Assembly (NCBI GenBank): GCA_046052125.1
Contig: JBJOMY010000001.1
Location: forward strand, 96,001-160,000
DNA length: 64,000 bases
Direction: 5' to 3'
From: Cyanobacteriota bacterium
Lineage (GTDB): Bacteria; Cyanobacteriota; Cyanobacteriia; PCC-6307; Cyanobiaceae
Each line of letters starts with the position of its first letter. Positions within the stretch are counted from its first letter, which is position 1. The position numbers were made by a program, and so were the translations under genes. This document shows, piece by piece, positions 32,090 to 42,632 of the stretch. The notes beneath the pieces were generated by a model. The model saw only the letters and a list, made by a program, of their open reading frames with translations, was not told where the DNA came from and did no database searches.

Positions 32090-33154
32090 TCAAGCGGCGA
32101 GGGTTGGGTAGTCGATGTACCCCGCTGGTCCAGCGGTGTAGAAGGTGCTCGGGTCGGCCTCGTTGAGCGGGGCACCTCGGCGTAGACGCTCCGGCAGATC
32201 GGGATTCGCCAGGAAGGCTCTGCCGAAGGCCACTGCATCCACGGCGCCGGAGCGGATGGCGGCGTTGGCGTCGTCGGCTTCGTAGCCCAGGTTGGCCACC
32301 AGCACACCCTTGAATCGCTCCCGGGTGGGGGTCAACACGTCACCGAACTGCTGGCCGAGTAGATCGGCGCGCATCAGATGCAGGTAGGCGAGGGGAACCT
32401 GGTTGAGCTGCTCGGCCAGCCAGCTGTAGAGCCCGATGGGATCGGAATCGCGCATCGCGTTGTAGCTGTTGAGTGGCGACAGGCGAAGACCCATCAGGGA
32501 TGTCTCCTGAGACACCGCCTCCAGCACCTCCATCAACAGCCGGGCGCGGTTCTCGCGTGAGCCGCCGTAGGGGCCCTGGCGTTGATTGCTGCCATCGCGC
32601 AGAAACGAATCCAACAGATAGCCGTTGGCACCATGCACTTCCACGCCATCAAAGCCAGCGGCCATGGCATGGCGGGCGGCAAGACGGAACCCCTCCACGA
32701 TCGCCGGCAGTTCCTGATCTGAGAGTTCCCGCGGCGTCACGTAGGGCTTCTTGCCCTCCGGCGTATGCACCTCATCCCCGGTGACCGCCAGGGGGCTGGG
32801 GCCAACGGGTTGACGCCCGCCATTGAGCAGCGGATGGCAGGCGCGTCCGCCATGCCAGATCTGCAGCACGATGCGACCACCAGCGCGATGCACGGCGTCG
32901 GTGGTGAGGCGCCAGCCCTCGACCTGGGCTTGGTTGTAGATCCCTGGTTCGTGCCAGAAGGCGGAGTTGCCTTCGATCACCATCGTGGCTTCGGCCACGA
33001 TCAGCCCTGCGCTGGCGCGTTGGCTGTAGTACTGCGCCATCAGCGCACCGGGCACATGCTCGCCTTCGGTGCGGCAGCGCGTGAGTGGAGCCATCCAGAT
33101 GCGATTTGGCAGCTCCAGGGCTCCCAGGCGCAGAGGGGAGAACAGATCAGCCAT
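32090..33154 (-). CDS. Old yellow enzyme alkene reductase (NemA-like)
   Basis: MAPLTR, AGFDGVEVHGANGYLL, YGGS.ENR.R, GRAFLANPD. Confidence 0.93.
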   Translation of the reverse strand: MADLFSPLRLGALELPNRIWMAPLTRCRTEGEHVPGALMAQYYSQRASAGLIVAEATMVIEGNSAFWHEPGIYNQAQVEGWRLTTDAVHRAGGRIVLQIWHGGRACHPLLNGGRQPVGPSPLAVTGDEVHTPEGKKPYVTPRELSDQELPAIVEGFRLAARHAMAAGFDGVEVHGANGYLLDSFLRDGSNQRQGPYGGSRENRARLLMEVLEAVSQETSLMGLRLSPLNSYNAMRDSDPIGLYSWLAEQLNQVPLAYLHLMRADLLGQQFGDVLTPTRERFKGVLVANLGYEADDANAAIRSGAVDAVAFGRAFLANPDLPERLRRGAPLNEADPSTFYTAGPAGYIDYPTLAA

Positions 33155-33198
33155 CCCTCGATTCTGGCGAGCTCCTCTAGCTCTGCACGCGCTTGAGC

Positions 33199-34059
33199 TC
33201 AGGTCATCGGTTCTTCTTCTCTGCGTCCACCCAGCAGTTGTTCAACAAACAACTTGAGCAAAAGCGACACAATGCCAACACCACCCAGGATCAACGCCGC
33301 GCCGTAAGCCAGCTCGGTGTCGTACTGCTTGTAGGCATCTTCCACAAACAGGGGCAAGGTTTGCGTCTGGCCAGCGATGTTGCCGCTCACCACTGCTACC
33401 GCACCGAACTCACCCAGTGCGCGGGCGGTGGTGAGAATCAAGCCGTACACCACGGCCCAACGCACAGAGGGAAGCGTGACCTTCCAGAACACCTGCCAGT
33501 TGCTGGCACCGAGGGTGCGCGCGGCTTCTTCCTGATCCCAGCCCTCCTCCTCCAGCAGCGGAATCACCTCGCGAGCCATGAAGGGGAAAGTGACAATGAT
33601 CGTGGCCAGGGCCATCCCCGGCCAGGAGAAAATGATCTTCCAGCCCAAGCTGCTCACAATGCCGCCCAAGAGGCCATTGGTGGGGCTGTAGAGCAGCACC
33701 AGCATCAGGCCCACCACCACCGGTGAGATCGAGAAGGGCAGGTCGATCACGCTGAGAAGGAGGGCTTTGCCAGGGAACTGACGCCGGGCAATGGCCGTGG
33801 CAGCAGCCAGACCAAAGATCGTGTTGGCCGGTACGGCGATCAGGGTGCAACGCAAGGTGAGCATCACAGCCGAGCGCAATTCCTCGGATTGCAAGTTCTC
33901 AATGAAGGGCGTCAGTCCTTTGGCAAAGGCTCCTGCCACCACCACCAGAGCCGGCAACAGAATGATCACCACCACATACAGGCAGGCGATCAGGGGAATC
34001 AACACAGAGGCGCTTGGACGGGGAAGCGCCTTGACGGCAGAACGCAACAGGGATGGCAT
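33199..34059 (-). CDS. cysW: Sulfate ABC permease CysW
   Basis: DLPFSISPVV, EEAARTLGA, ARALGEFGAV, TLPL. Confidence 0.93.
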   Translation of the reverse strand: MPSLLRSAVKALPRPSASVLIPLIACLYVVVIILLPALVVVAGAFAKGLTPFIENLQSEELRSAVMLTLRCTLIAVPANTIFGLAAATAIARRQFPGKALLLSVIDLPFSISPVVVGLMLVLLYSPTNGLLGGIVSSLGWKIIFSWPGMALATIIVTFPFMAREVIPLLEEEGWDQEEAARTLGASNWQVFWKVTLPSVRWAVVYGLILTTARALGEFGAVAVVSGNIAGQTQTLPLFVEDAYKQYDTELAYGAALILGGVGIVSLLLKLFVEQLLGGRREEEPMT

Positions 34060-34110
34060 GGAATCAGCGGCTCAAGGTGATGACGAAAAGCGTGGATTGG
34101 CCTTGATGGA

Positions 34111-34980
34111 TCAGGCGCTCTGTACCGGATTGGCTTCCCAGTTGCGGCCCCATACCTGCAGGCCGTTGATCACCAGCAGACTCAGCAACGAGAAGAGCAA
34201 CATCACCATGCCGATCACCGTGGCGGAGGCGAAGTCGTATTCCTCCAGCTTCTGAATGATCAGTGTGGGAGCGATCAGATCCTTGAACGGCACGTTCGAA
34301 GAAATCATCACCACCGAGCCGTATTCACCCACCGCGCGGCTGTAGCCCTGGGCCACGCCCGCAAGGATCGCTGGCATCAGCTGCGGGAGCACCACTTTCG
34401 TGAGGGTTTGCCGTGGGCTGGCCCCCAGGCACCAGGCCGCTTCCTCCTGATCACGCTCCAACGCCTCAAGCACGGGTTCAACGCTGCGCACCACAAACGG
34501 CAGGGAGATGAACACCATCGCGATGGCGACACCCAGCCAGGTGAAGGACACTTTCAGGCCGAACAAGGCATACACCGGTGCGCCCAGCCAGCCATTGGTG
34601 CTGTAGATCGCCGCCAGAGCCAGGCCAGCAACGGCGGTGGGCAAGGCGAAGGGCAGATCGATCAGGGCATCGAGCAGGCGCCGGCCGGGAAAGCTGCAGC
34701 GCACCAGCGCCCAGGCGATCACCACCCCGAACACACCGTTGAGCAGCGCCGCGGCCAGTGCCAACCCGAAGCTGACCCGATAGGTGGCCAACGCTTCAGG
34801 AGTGGTGGCGAGTTCCCAGAACTGCGATGGGCCCACAGCTGCCGCTTTGAGCGCCATCGCTCCGAGGGGCAGAAACAGCACCAGGGCCAGATAAATCCAG
34901 GTGATGCGCCAGGGCCAACTCAGCTGCAGCCAGGCCGGCCAGGAGAAACCCCGGCGCCGAGCCGGTTGTGCAGACGCCAT
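34111..34980 (-). CDS. cysT: Sulfate ABC permease CysT
   Basis: [30 protein letters not shown]. Confidence 0.93.
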   Translation of the reverse strand: MASAQPARRRGFSWPAWLQLSWPWRITWIYLALVLFLPLGAMALKAAAVGPSQFWELATTPEALATYRVSFGLALAAALLNGVFGVVIAWALVRCSFPGRRLLDALIDLPFALPTAVAGLALAAIYSTNGWLGAPVYALFGLKVSFTWLGVAIAMVFISLPFVVRSVEPVLEALERDQEEAAWCLGASPRQTLTKVVLPQLMPAILAGVAQGYSRAVGEYGSVVMISSNVPFKDLIAPTLIIQKLEEYDFASATVIGMVMLLFSLLSLLVINGLQVWGRNWEANPVQSA

Positions 34981-35100
34981 GGGTCTACGGATCGAGATCG
35001 GCGGACCGTATCACCGCTTGGCGCTTTATACAACGGTTCGCCGGTGGAGAACTGCGTGTATGGGCTAGTCTCATCTGCACTCGTTCTCGTCGCGGTCGTC

Positions 35101-36105
35101 ATGGGGATCCGTGTTGCTGGCGTCACCAAGGAATTCGGGGCCTTCAAGGCGGTCGATGACGTGAACCTCGACATCGACAGCGGCTCGCTGGTTGCCCTAC
35201 TCGGCCCTTCGGGCTCGGGCAAGAGCACGTTGTTGCGCCTGATCGCCGGCCTCGAAGAATCCGATGCCGGTCGCATCTGGATCACCGGTGAAGAGGCCAC
35301 CACTCGCTCCGTTCAGGAACGGGAGGTGGGTTTTGTGTTTCAGCACTTCGCGCTGTTCAAGCACCGCACCGTTCGCCAGAACGTGGGTTTTGGTCTGGAG
35401 TTGCGCGGCTGGAAACACGACGCCATTCGCCGGCGTGTGGATGAGCTGCTTGAGCTGGTGCAGTTGAGGGGATTTGGCAACCGCTATCCCTCCCAGTTAT
35501 CGGGTGGACAACGGCAGCGGGTGGCCTTGGCTCGGGCCCTGGCCGTGCAACCCAGGGTGTTGCTCCTCGATGAACCGTTCAGTGCTCTCGATGCCCAGGT
35601 GCGCAAGGAGCTGCGGGCGTGGCTGCGCAACCTGCACGACGAGATGCACGTCACCACGGTGATCGTGACCCACGACCAGGAGGAGGCCATGGAGGTGGCG
35701 GATCGAATCGTGGTGATGAACCAGGGGCGGATCGAGCAGATCGGAACGCCAGCGGAGATTTACGACCACCCCGCCACCCCGTTCGTGATGAGTTTTGTGG
35801 GTGCGGTGAATGTGTTGCCGTCCCATGTTCCGCTCGCCAGTCCAGATCAAGAGGGCGACATCTTCATCCGCCCCCACGATCTGGAACTGCACCGCACCGC
35901 CCAGCCGGGCAGTGTGCCCGCGGTCTTGCGTCGTTTAACCCATATGGGTCGCGATATTCAGGCGGAACTCACCCTGGCGAGCGGTGATGTGGTGATGGCC
36001 CAACTGCCGCGTGAGCGCATCGATTACCACGATTTGAAAGCTGGTGATGCTTTGCATATCACCAGCCGTGAAGCACGCACGTTCGTTCCAGACTTTGTGA
36101 TCTGA
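35101..36105 (+). CDS. cysA: Sulfate ABC ATPase CysA
   Basis: [37 protein letters not shown]-terminal TOBE; ATG 35101. Confidence 0.93.
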   Translation: MGIRVAGVTKEFGAFKAVDDVNLDIDSGSLVALLGPSGSGKSTLLRLIAGLEESDAGRIWITGEEATTRSVQEREVGFVFQHFALFKHRTVRQNVGFGLELRGWKHDAIRRRVDELLELVQLRGFGNRYPSQLSGGQRQRVALARALAVQPRVLLLDEPFSALDAQVRKELRAWLRNLHDEMHVTTVIVTHDQEEAMEVADRIVVMNQGRIEQIGTPAEIYDHPATPFVMSFVGAVNVLPSHVPLASPDQEGDIFIRPHDLELHRTAQPGSVPAVLRRLTHMGRDIQAELTLASGDVVMAQLPRERIDYHDLKAGDALHITSREARTFVPDFVI

Positions 36106-36207
36106 GAACCTCGTGACCCCTCGATCAGGTGTTCACAGCGACATCGAACGGCTGGACATCTGAGCGCGTTCACACACAAACTGAATGCTTCATTTCTGCA
36201 AACCAAC

Positions 36208-36843
36208 ATGACTCTGCAACTGGGCGACACCGTCCCCGATTTCACCCAGAACTCCCAGCTGGGTCCGATCAATCTCTACGACTTCGCTGGTGACAGCTGG
36301 GTGGTGCTCTTCTCCCACCCCGCCGACTACACCCCCGTGTGCACCACCGAGCTGGGTGAGGTGTCGCGCCTGCGCAGTGAGTGGGAGAAGCGCAACGTCA
36401 AGACCATCGCCCTGAGCGTGGACTCCGCCGAGAGCCATGGCGGCTGGATCTGCGACATCAACGAAACGCAGAACACCACGGTCGACTACCCGATCCTCGC
36501 CGATGAGGACAAGAAGGTGAGCGATCTCTACGGGATGATCCACCCGAACTCGCTCAACAACCTCACGGTGCGTTCGGTGTTCATCATCGACCCGAACAAA
36601 AAGCTGCGCCTGCAGATCACCTATCCCGCCAGCACCGGCCGGAACTTCCAGGAAATCCTGAGGGTGATCGACTCCCTGCAGCTCACCGACTACCACCAGG
36701 TGGCCACCCCGGTGAACTGGAAAGACGGCGACGACTGCGTCGTGGTGCCCTCGATCCCCACCGACGAAGCCCGCAACAAGTTCCCCAAGGGCGTGACTGA
36801 GATCAAGCCCTACCTGCGCATGACCCCGCAGCCCAACAAGTGA
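36208..36843 (+). CDS. 1-Cys peroxiredoxin (Prx6)
   Basis: FSHPADYTPVCTTE, YPASTGRNF, ATPVNW, YLR. Confidence 0.95.
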   Translation: MTLQLGDTVPDFTQNSQLGPINLYDFAGDSWVVLFSHPADYTPVCTTELGEVSRLRSEWEKRNVKTIALSVDSAESHGGWICDINETQNTTVDYPILADEDKKVSDLYGMIHPNSLNNLTVRSVFIIDPNKKLRLQITYPASTGRNFQEILRVIDSLQLTDYHQVATPVNWKDGDDCVVVPSIPTDEARNKFPKGVTEIKPYLRMTPQPNK

Positions 36844-36870
36844 GCCACTGAGGCTCGCCTCAACCCTCAG

Positions 36871-36900
36871 GCCCCCGGAGAATGCCCGGGGGCTTTTTTT
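36871..36900 (+). terminator. Intrinsic terminator after Prx6
   Basis: GCCCCCGG-loop-CCGGGGGC then T7. Confidence 0.8.
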
Positions 36901-36906
36901 GTGGCC

Positions 36907-37005
36907 ATGCGGGTGTTGGGTCTGATGAGCGGCACCAGCGCCGATGGCGTGGATGCCGTGTTTGTACACATCAAGCAGGGATTGAAAGCAAGGGTAACTG
37001 TGTAA
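36907..37005 (+). pseudogene. anmK: 5' fragment of anhydro-N-acetylmuramic acid kinase
   Basis: Translates MRVLGLMSGTSADGVDAV (AnmK GLMSGTSxDGxD motif), then runs into AT-rich DNA and stops. Confidence 0.8.
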
Positions 37006-37873
37006 TATCGGGCAGCGAATCTATCTTGCACTCAGCATCAAAGTTCGTTATCAACGCTTCAACCACTGGATTCCGATTGCTCTCGCTAGCGCCCACATGA
37101 TAAAAATGGTCTTTTGTGAGGATGGAATATTTAGACCAAAGCGCATCAATAAACTCATTGGAGCGATAATCGTTATGGTGCCATGTACTCAGAACGAACT
37201 TGCTAGGGATGGCGCCAAGCAAGTCAAATAACTTCTTCTCGCAGCTGGCATCCCAGCTATTGAAATAATCTACGTGCCTACCTATGTAAGGTGGGTCACA
37301 ATACACAATGTCGTCTTCGCCTGCAGTCTTTAGTGTCTGTTCAAAGTCTTGACAAATAAATGTATAGTTTCCTTTCTCAATAACCGCTGATACCCATTCA
37401 ATCTGATTGACAATCTTGGTTACGTAAGCCTTCGCGAATCTGGCGGGCTTTTTGCAGAATGGAATATTGAATCGACCTTTGCGATTAAATCTTATCATTC
37501 CATTAAAGCCGGCTCTATTCAGAAAAAGAAAATCAAGTGGCGCATGGCAATCATTAAATCTGTCTCGTACATAGTAATAATGATCTTCCCCTTTGCTCAG
37601 CAGGAGCTCGCCTTCTTGTATTAGATATGCTTTTGCAATAGTCGGAGTAATCTGCTTTGTGGAAATCTGAGTATAGAAGTTGATGAGATGAGGATTTGTA
37701 TCGCAGAGAAGCGCCGAAGACGGGGCGACATTAAATGCAACTACTCCAGTTCCCGTAAAAGGTTCAATCCACTTGACGTTAGAGTCAGATGGGAGAACAC
37801 TCTTAATCCATGGAACCAGCTTGGTTTTGATTCCTTGTGACTTGATGGGTGGTACTTTTATCAGACTACTCAT
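36971..37873 (-). CDS. DNA adenine methyltransferase, D12/Dam class (M.EcoRV-like)
   Basis: [33 protein letters not shown]. Confidence 0.92.
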   Translation of the reverse strand: MSSLIKVPPIKSQGIKTKLVPWIKSVLPSDSNVKWIEPFTGTGVVAFNVAPSSALLCDTNPHLINFYTQISTKQITPTIAKAYLIQEGELLLSKGEDHYYYVRDRFNDCHAPLDFLFLNRAGFNGMIRFNRKGRFNIPFCKKPARFAKAYVTKIVNQIEWVSAVIEKGNYTFICQDFEQTLKTAGEDDIVYCDPPYIGRHVDYFNSWDASCEKKLFDLLGAIPSKFVLSTWHHNDYRSNEFIDALWSKYSILTKDHFYHVGASESNRNPVVEALITNFDAECKIDSLPDITQLPLLSIPA

Positions 37874-38723
37874 CAGTTTGCGCCTCTTCTTCTGCAAGCT
37901 TGGCTAATGCTTCTGGTGACAGATCGATCCTGTCCATAAATCTGTTCTTGTACTCAAGGTATGAGGTTAGGTTTTTATATGGCCGAGGAACATCATCTTT
38001 CTTTGCCATGTCTTCCGTCAGGTAATACATCCAGTAATCATCAAAGACATCTTCACCTAGCGCGTGAAAAGGCCCGGATCCTGTCTTAAGCTGCTGTATA
38101 TTTGTGCAGCTACCAATATTCTTTGTATTGCCGCTTCCAGGGCTGCCAGTCGCAATTCGGTATTTAGGCTGAACGAAGAAGTCAAAGTCATAGATCACCG
38201 AGCTAATGCTACTGAGCTCTTCAAGCTTGAAGGACTTCCTCTCGTCAGACGCATCTTTGTTCTGACTATAGATTACGCCAAGCACAAAGTGGCCAGAATA
38301 ATCACTGTATGGATATGTTATATTCTTTTCGGATGCTTGTGAGCCATTTCTGTTTCTAAAATAGCCGGTAAAAGCACCAAGAGTCATCATGTTGACAGTG
38401 GTAGCCGTTTTCCGGATGGTCGACTTTATGTCAAGAGCAAACTTCTTGCCATCCCTAGTGATAAATGTTGCATCGGGATAGTGGTTCTGGTATTTGGGAA
38501 GTTCTAGAGTTAGGTTGTGTTTGTCAGCAAAAGCTTCTAGTTGTGGATAAAGCAGTATCTCAAGGACTTTTGATACTACTTTGGTGTCAACTGTAATTGT
38601 ATAGACACGGTGGAAGACATCTATGAACCCTTTGATGATCCAATCACCTTCCTGCGTGGCAATAGTCTGCTTGAAGTTTTCTAACTCTGACTGCAGGCAA
38701 GCCTGAAACTCTTGGTTTATCAA
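37866..38723 (-). CDS. Type II restriction endonuclease, EcoRV family
   Basis: [16 protein letters not shown]...ALDIK catalytic core, [10 protein letters not shown] recognition loop. Confidence 0.88.
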   Translation of the reverse strand: MINQEFQACLQSELENFKQTIATQEGDWIIKGFIDVFHRVYTITVDTKVVSKVLEILLYPQLEAFADKHNLTLELPKYQNHYPDATFITRDGKKFALDIKSTIRKTATTVNMMTLGAFTGYFRNRNGSQASEKNITYPYSDYSGHFVLGVIYSQNKDASDERKSFKLEELSSISSVIYDFDFFVQPKYRIATGSPGSGNTKNIGSCTNIQQLKTGSGPFHALGEDVFDDYWMYYLTEDMAKKDDVPRPYKNLTSYLEYKNRFMDRIDLSPEALAKLAEEEAQTDE

Positions 38724-38891
38724 GTTTCCCCGAGGCGCACTATACGCATCTTACCATGGAAACGAAGCATTGCCCCCAGTGTTATCACTGTCTGTCAAGA
38801 GTCTTTGAAGAGTTTTGGCAAATGTTCTATCGGTTGCATCCTCTAAGAACTTGAAGCTACAGCCTCATTCGCCTGAGCTAGCCAATATTAC

Positions 38892-39860
38892 TCAATTTAT
38901 ACAATTACCTTCTGTCAGAAACAGATTGGTGGTCAAGTAGCGCTCACCTGAGTCCGGAAGAATGACCACGATGGTTTTGCCGGCAAAGTCCGCTTCTCGG
39001 GCCACGCGAACAGCCGCTGCGACGGCAGCGCCGCAGGAGATGCCAGCCAGAATGCCTTCCTCTTGGGCGAGGCGTCTGGCCATCGTGATGGCATCTTGAT
39101 CACTCACCCGTTCCACTCTGTCGAGCAAGGAAAGATCAAGGTTGGTGGGCACAAAGCCTGCACCAATGCCTTGAATGCGATGGGGGCCGGGTTGGATGGC
39201 TTCACCAGCCAGGGTTTGGCTGATCACCGGGCTCTGCTCCGGCTCCACAGCCACCGCGATCAATGGTTGACCCAGGGTGCATTTGATGTAACGGCTCACC
39301 CCACTGATGGTGCCGCCGGTTCCCACTCCAGCCACAACAGCGTCCACCTGAGCCTCGGTGTCGGCCCAGATTTCAGGACCGGTGGTGTCGTGATGGATCT
39401 GCGGATTGGCTGGATTGGCGAACTGCTGCAGCAACACATAACGATCGGGCTCACTGATCGTCATCGATTCGGCCATCGCGATCGCTCCGGGCATGCCGTG
39501 GCGCCCTTCGGTGAGCACCAGGCGAGCTCCATAGGCAAGGAGCAATTTGCGCCGCTCTTCACTCATCGTGTCGGGCATCGTCAAGGTAAGCGGAACGCCT
39601 CGGGAGGCGGCTACAAACGCCAACGCGATGCCCGTGTTGCCGCTGGTGGGTTCAATCAGTTCTTTCCCCGGCCCCAATAGGCCATCGCGCTCAGCCTGAG
39701 CCACCATCGCCGCGCCGATGCGGCATTTCACTGAAAAGGCGGGATTGCGCGCTTCGATCTTGGCCAGGATGCGGGCGTTGCAACCTGCGCTGACCCGCTG
39801 CAGCTGCACCAGTGGTGTTCCGCCTGTGGTGAGGCTGTTGTTGGCAAAAATCGCAGGCAT
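38892..39860 (-). CDS. cysK: Cysteine synthase A
   Basis: [12 protein letters not shown]-lysine, [29 protein letters not shown]. Confidence 0.95.
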   Translation of the reverse strand: MPAIFANNSLTTGGTPLVQLQRVSAGCNARILAKIEARNPAFSVKCRIGAAMVAQAERDGLLGPGKELIEPTSGNTGIALAFVAASRGVPLTLTMPDTMSEERRKLLLAYGARLVLTEGRHGMPGAIAMAESMTISEPDRYVLLQQFANPANPQIHHDTTGPEIWADTEAQVDAVVAGVGTGGTISGVSRYIKCTLGQPLIAVAVEPEQSPVISQTLAGEAIQPGPHRIQGIGAGFVPTNLDLSLLDRVERVSDQDAITMARRLAQEEGILAGISCGAAVAAAVRVAREADFAGKTIVVILPDSGERYLTTNLFLTEGNCIN

Positions 39861-39915
39861 GGTGGAAGTTGTTCAAGGCAAAGGCCTCCCTGTGTGAGCA
39901 CAAGGAGGCCCGGGG

Positions 39916-40116
39916 TTATGGATGGGAGCAAGACGGGGTTCGCTTGCGCCGTAGGCGAGGTCCGCTCGCAGGTAGAGGCTTTGGCTGCTGCGGGAGAGCC
40001 GATGCCATCGCTGGTTCGTGAGCCGCGAGTCTCTCGATCACGTCGTGGCGATCGCTCCAGGCGAGCTCACCATCACTGCCCCAGTGCAGGCACCAGGGAG
40101 GAGGGGCCGTCGTCAT
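39916..40116 (-). CDS. Small hypothetical protein with CLxWxxDGEL motif
   Basis: ATG overlaps cysR stop (ATGA); motif shared with 60221..60403. Confidence 0.65.
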   Translation of the reverse strand: MTTAPPPWCLHWGSDGELAWSDRHDVIERLAAHEPAMASALPQQPKPLPASGPRLRRKRTPSCSHP

Positions 40117-40667
40117 CGCTCCCGCGGAATCAACAGATCGCTCTCGCCAACGGTGAGCAGAACGCCGTCGTGCCGGAAACGACTCAGCAACTTGGTCACG
40201 GTGACCCGCGTGAGACCGCACAAATCAGCGAGACCGCGATGGGTGAGGTTCAGCTCGGCCAGGGAGAGCCTGCAACCATGACGGTTGATCTGACCAAAGG
40301 AGCTCGCGATCCAGGTGAGTAGCGCGAGCAGGCGCCGCTCACCGGAGCGCATGCGCTGGATGGCATGCAACTCGGCCAACATCTGCCGTTCCCGGCGGAT
40401 GTGTTGGAGCTGGGTGTCGTCATCCAGCTCCAGATGTTCCACCACAACCGTGGTGAGGCACTGCAATTCCAGTGGATGCAGAACCGGATCTTCCGAACTG
40501 ATCACATCACCGGGGCCCCACAGTCCCAGGGTGATCGACTCGCCATCGTCATCCATGGTGGCTGAGCGCACATACCCCTCGTGCAATCGCCAGCTCATGT
40601 GCTCAGGCAGCACATCCTGAGGATGAAGCGTGAGTCGCAAGGGCCGTTTCAGGTGTGAGGTGGTCAT
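40113..40667 (-). CDS. cysR: Crp/Fnr family regulator, CysR-like
   Basis: ITLGLWGPGD, LTHRGLADLCGLTRVTVTKLL HTH; sulfate-cluster context. Confidence 0.82.
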   Translation of the reverse strand: MTTSHLKRPLRLTLHPQDVLPEHMSWRLHEGYVRSATMDDDGESITLGLWGPGDVISSEDPVLHPLELQCLTTVVVEHLELDDDTQLQHIRRERQMLAELHAIQRMRSGERRLLALLTWIASSFGQINRHGCRLSLAELNLTHRGLADLCGLTRVTVTKLLSRFRHDGVLLTVGESDLLIPRER

Positions 40668-40831
40668 GGCGTTGGCGGGCGATGGGGCGGGTCATCGAGG
40701 GTGGAGAGCAATCGGAGGCGGGGCATTCGCGCACAACAGGCCATGGGCGTCAGGCATCTGGCGGCAGTATGCACTAATCCCGATAGGGGTACCGGTATTT
40801 CAAGGCACACGGAAGGCCGTTTCCGCGGTGA

Positions 40832-41263
40832 TCAGATGTAGAACATCGGCTGGGGCTGCTTCATCTGGTCGCGCTTCTGAAGCAGTTGCGCCAGGGTCGT
40901 TTCGCTGAGAATCGCGGCCCTGGCTTGCTCAAGGCGATTGCCCAGCTCGCTTAACGCCAGAAATTCGGGGTCCTGTCGTTCACCCTTGCGGGCAGGCGAC
41001 ACCTCACCTTCAAGACAGGACTCCACATCGATGATGCGGATCTGTTCGGGGGGACGCGCCAGCAGAAAACCGCCCCGCGGGCCGCGCACGCTCTTGAGAA
41101 ACCCTCCTTTGCGTAGAGCCGTGAGCATTTGCTCGAGGTAGCGCTCTGGGATGGCATGGCGCCTGCAGATCTCTCCCGTCTGCACCAGATCGCCCGTGGC
41201 ATGGGCCGTTGCCAGGTCCATCAGAGCGACCAGTCCGTATTCCGTCTTGGCGCTGAACGGCAT
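40832..41263 (-). CDS. Rrf2 family regulator, CymR-like
   Basis: YLEQ, SVRGPRGGF, no IscR Cys triad, C-terminal MFYI. Confidence 0.88.
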   Translation of the reverse strand: MPFSAKTEYGLVALMDLATAHATGDLVQTGEICRRHAIPERYLEQMLTALRKGGFLKSVRGPRGGFLLARPPEQIRIIDVESCLEGEVSPARKGERQDPEFLALSELGNRLEQARAAILSETTLAQLLQKRDQMKQPQPMFYI

Positions 41264-41404
41264 GGCTCCACTTGCACAGCGTTCATTGTGTCAGGCAAAG
41301 CACGGCTACTGGGTAGGAAATCAGGGCTCCTACCCGTGTGGTTTGAAGCACATCGGGTCGGCGGCGAGGACCGATAAGTTCCCGTCGTTCCCGACCGAAG
41401 AACC

Positions 41405-42466
41405 GTGGTACCTCCTCTCACTGGGCGCTCCGAGCTGCGCCGCCAAGTGCTGATCACGGGCCTGGCTGTTCTGCCGTTGGCGGCCGCCGCGGCCGCAACC
41501 CTGAACGCACCGATCGTTCAGGCCCAGCAACCCGCCAAACCCCAAACCCTCACGGTGGTGTCTTACGCCGTGACCAAAACCGCCTACGACCAGCTCTTCA
41601 AGCTGTTTGCCGCTGACTGGAAGAAGAAGACAGGTCAAACCGTGAGCTTCAAGGGCAGCTATGGAGGCTCCGGCTCTCAGACACGCGCCGTGATCGATGG
41701 CCTCGAGGCCGATGTGGTGAGCCTGGCCATGGCTGCCGATGTGACCAAGATTCAGCAGGCAGGCCTGATCAAGCCCGGTTGGGAGCGGGAAAACCCCTAC
41801 AACTCCACGCCGATCAACTCAACCGTGGCCGTGTTCGTCCGTCCCGGTAACCCCAAAAAGATCAACAGCTGGAAGGACCTCGACAACAAAGACGTGGATG
41901 TGGTGCTCGCCAACCCCAAAACCTCAGGTGGGGCCCGCTGGAACTTTTTGGCGCTCTGGGGTGCGATCACCCGTAGCGGTGGCACCGAAGCCCAGGCCCG
42001 CAGCTTTATCACCGGTGTTTACAAGAACGCCGATGTGCTGCCGAAGGATGCTCGTGAAGCGACTGATCTCTTCGTGAAACGGCGCCAGGGCGATGTGCTG
42101 CTGAACTGGGAAACCGAGGCGATCCTGGCCCGTCGCAAAGGCGAGTGGACTACGCCTTACAAGCTCTTTAGCCCCAACGTGCTCACCGAGCAGCCCGTCA
42201 CCGTGGTGGACAAGGTGGTGGACCGCCGCGGCACCCGAAAGGTGGCCGAAGCATTTGTGCGTTACCTGTATTCCCCAGCGGCTCAGAAGGTCTTCGCCGA
42301 CAATGGCTTCCGCCCCACCACACCCGAGGGCAAGGCCTATGCGAAAGGGAAATTCCAGAACTTGAGCTTCTTCAAGGTGAGCGACTTCGGGGGCTGGGCC
42401 GGAGTGGACAAGAAGTTCTTCGGTAAAGGCGGGCTCTGGGATCAGATTTTTGCCCGCACGCGCTGA
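41405..42466 (+). CDS. sbpA: Sulfate-binding periplasmic protein (non-lipoprotein); start uncertain
   Basis: SYGGSGSQTRAVIDGL, NPKTSGGARWN, DFGGW. Confidence 0.92.
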   Translation: MVPPLTGRSELRRQVLITGLAVLPLAAAAAATLNAPIVQAQQPAKPQTLTVVSYAVTKTAYDQLFKLFAADWKKKTGQTVSFKGSYGGSGSQTRAVIDGLEADVVSLAMAADVTKIQQAGLIKPGWERENPYNSTPINSTVAVFVRPGNPKKINSWKDLDNKDVDVVLANPKTSGGARWNFLALWGAITRSGGTEAQARSFITGVYKNADVLPKDAREATDLFVKRRQGDVLLNWETEAILARRKGEWTTPYKLFSPNVLTEQPVTVVDKVVDRRGTRKVAEAFVRYLYSPAAQKVFADNGFRPTTPEGKAYAKGKFQNLSFFKVSDFGGWAGVDKKFFGKGGLWDQIFARTR

Positions 42467-42510
42467 CCACCACGCCACCAGCCGCTGAACGCAACCCTGC
42501 TTCTGCAGCA

Positions 42511-42539
42511 AGACCCCGGTTCAGAGCCGGGGTTTTTTC
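42511..42539 (+). terminator. Intrinsic terminator after first sbp
   Basis: ACCCCGGT-loop-GCCGGGGT then T-run. Confidence 0.75.
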
Positions 42540-42632
42540 ATGGCGTGCTTCCGCCGTCAGCACTGAAGAGCGGAAAGACGACCGAGCTACCGCTGTATGC
42601 TTTGCGCATATTCCCGATCGACTCACGTGACA

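Larger units (their letters stand above)
36963..38900. mobile_element. AT-rich horizontally acquired R-M cassette; no mobility gene seen
   Basis: Abrupt visible drop in GC content on both sides; edges approximate. Confidence 0.7.

Noticed and set aside
34408..35100. Apparent 231-aa N-terminal extension of CysA
   Set aside because: Overlaps cysT antisense; the ATPase begins at ATG 35101
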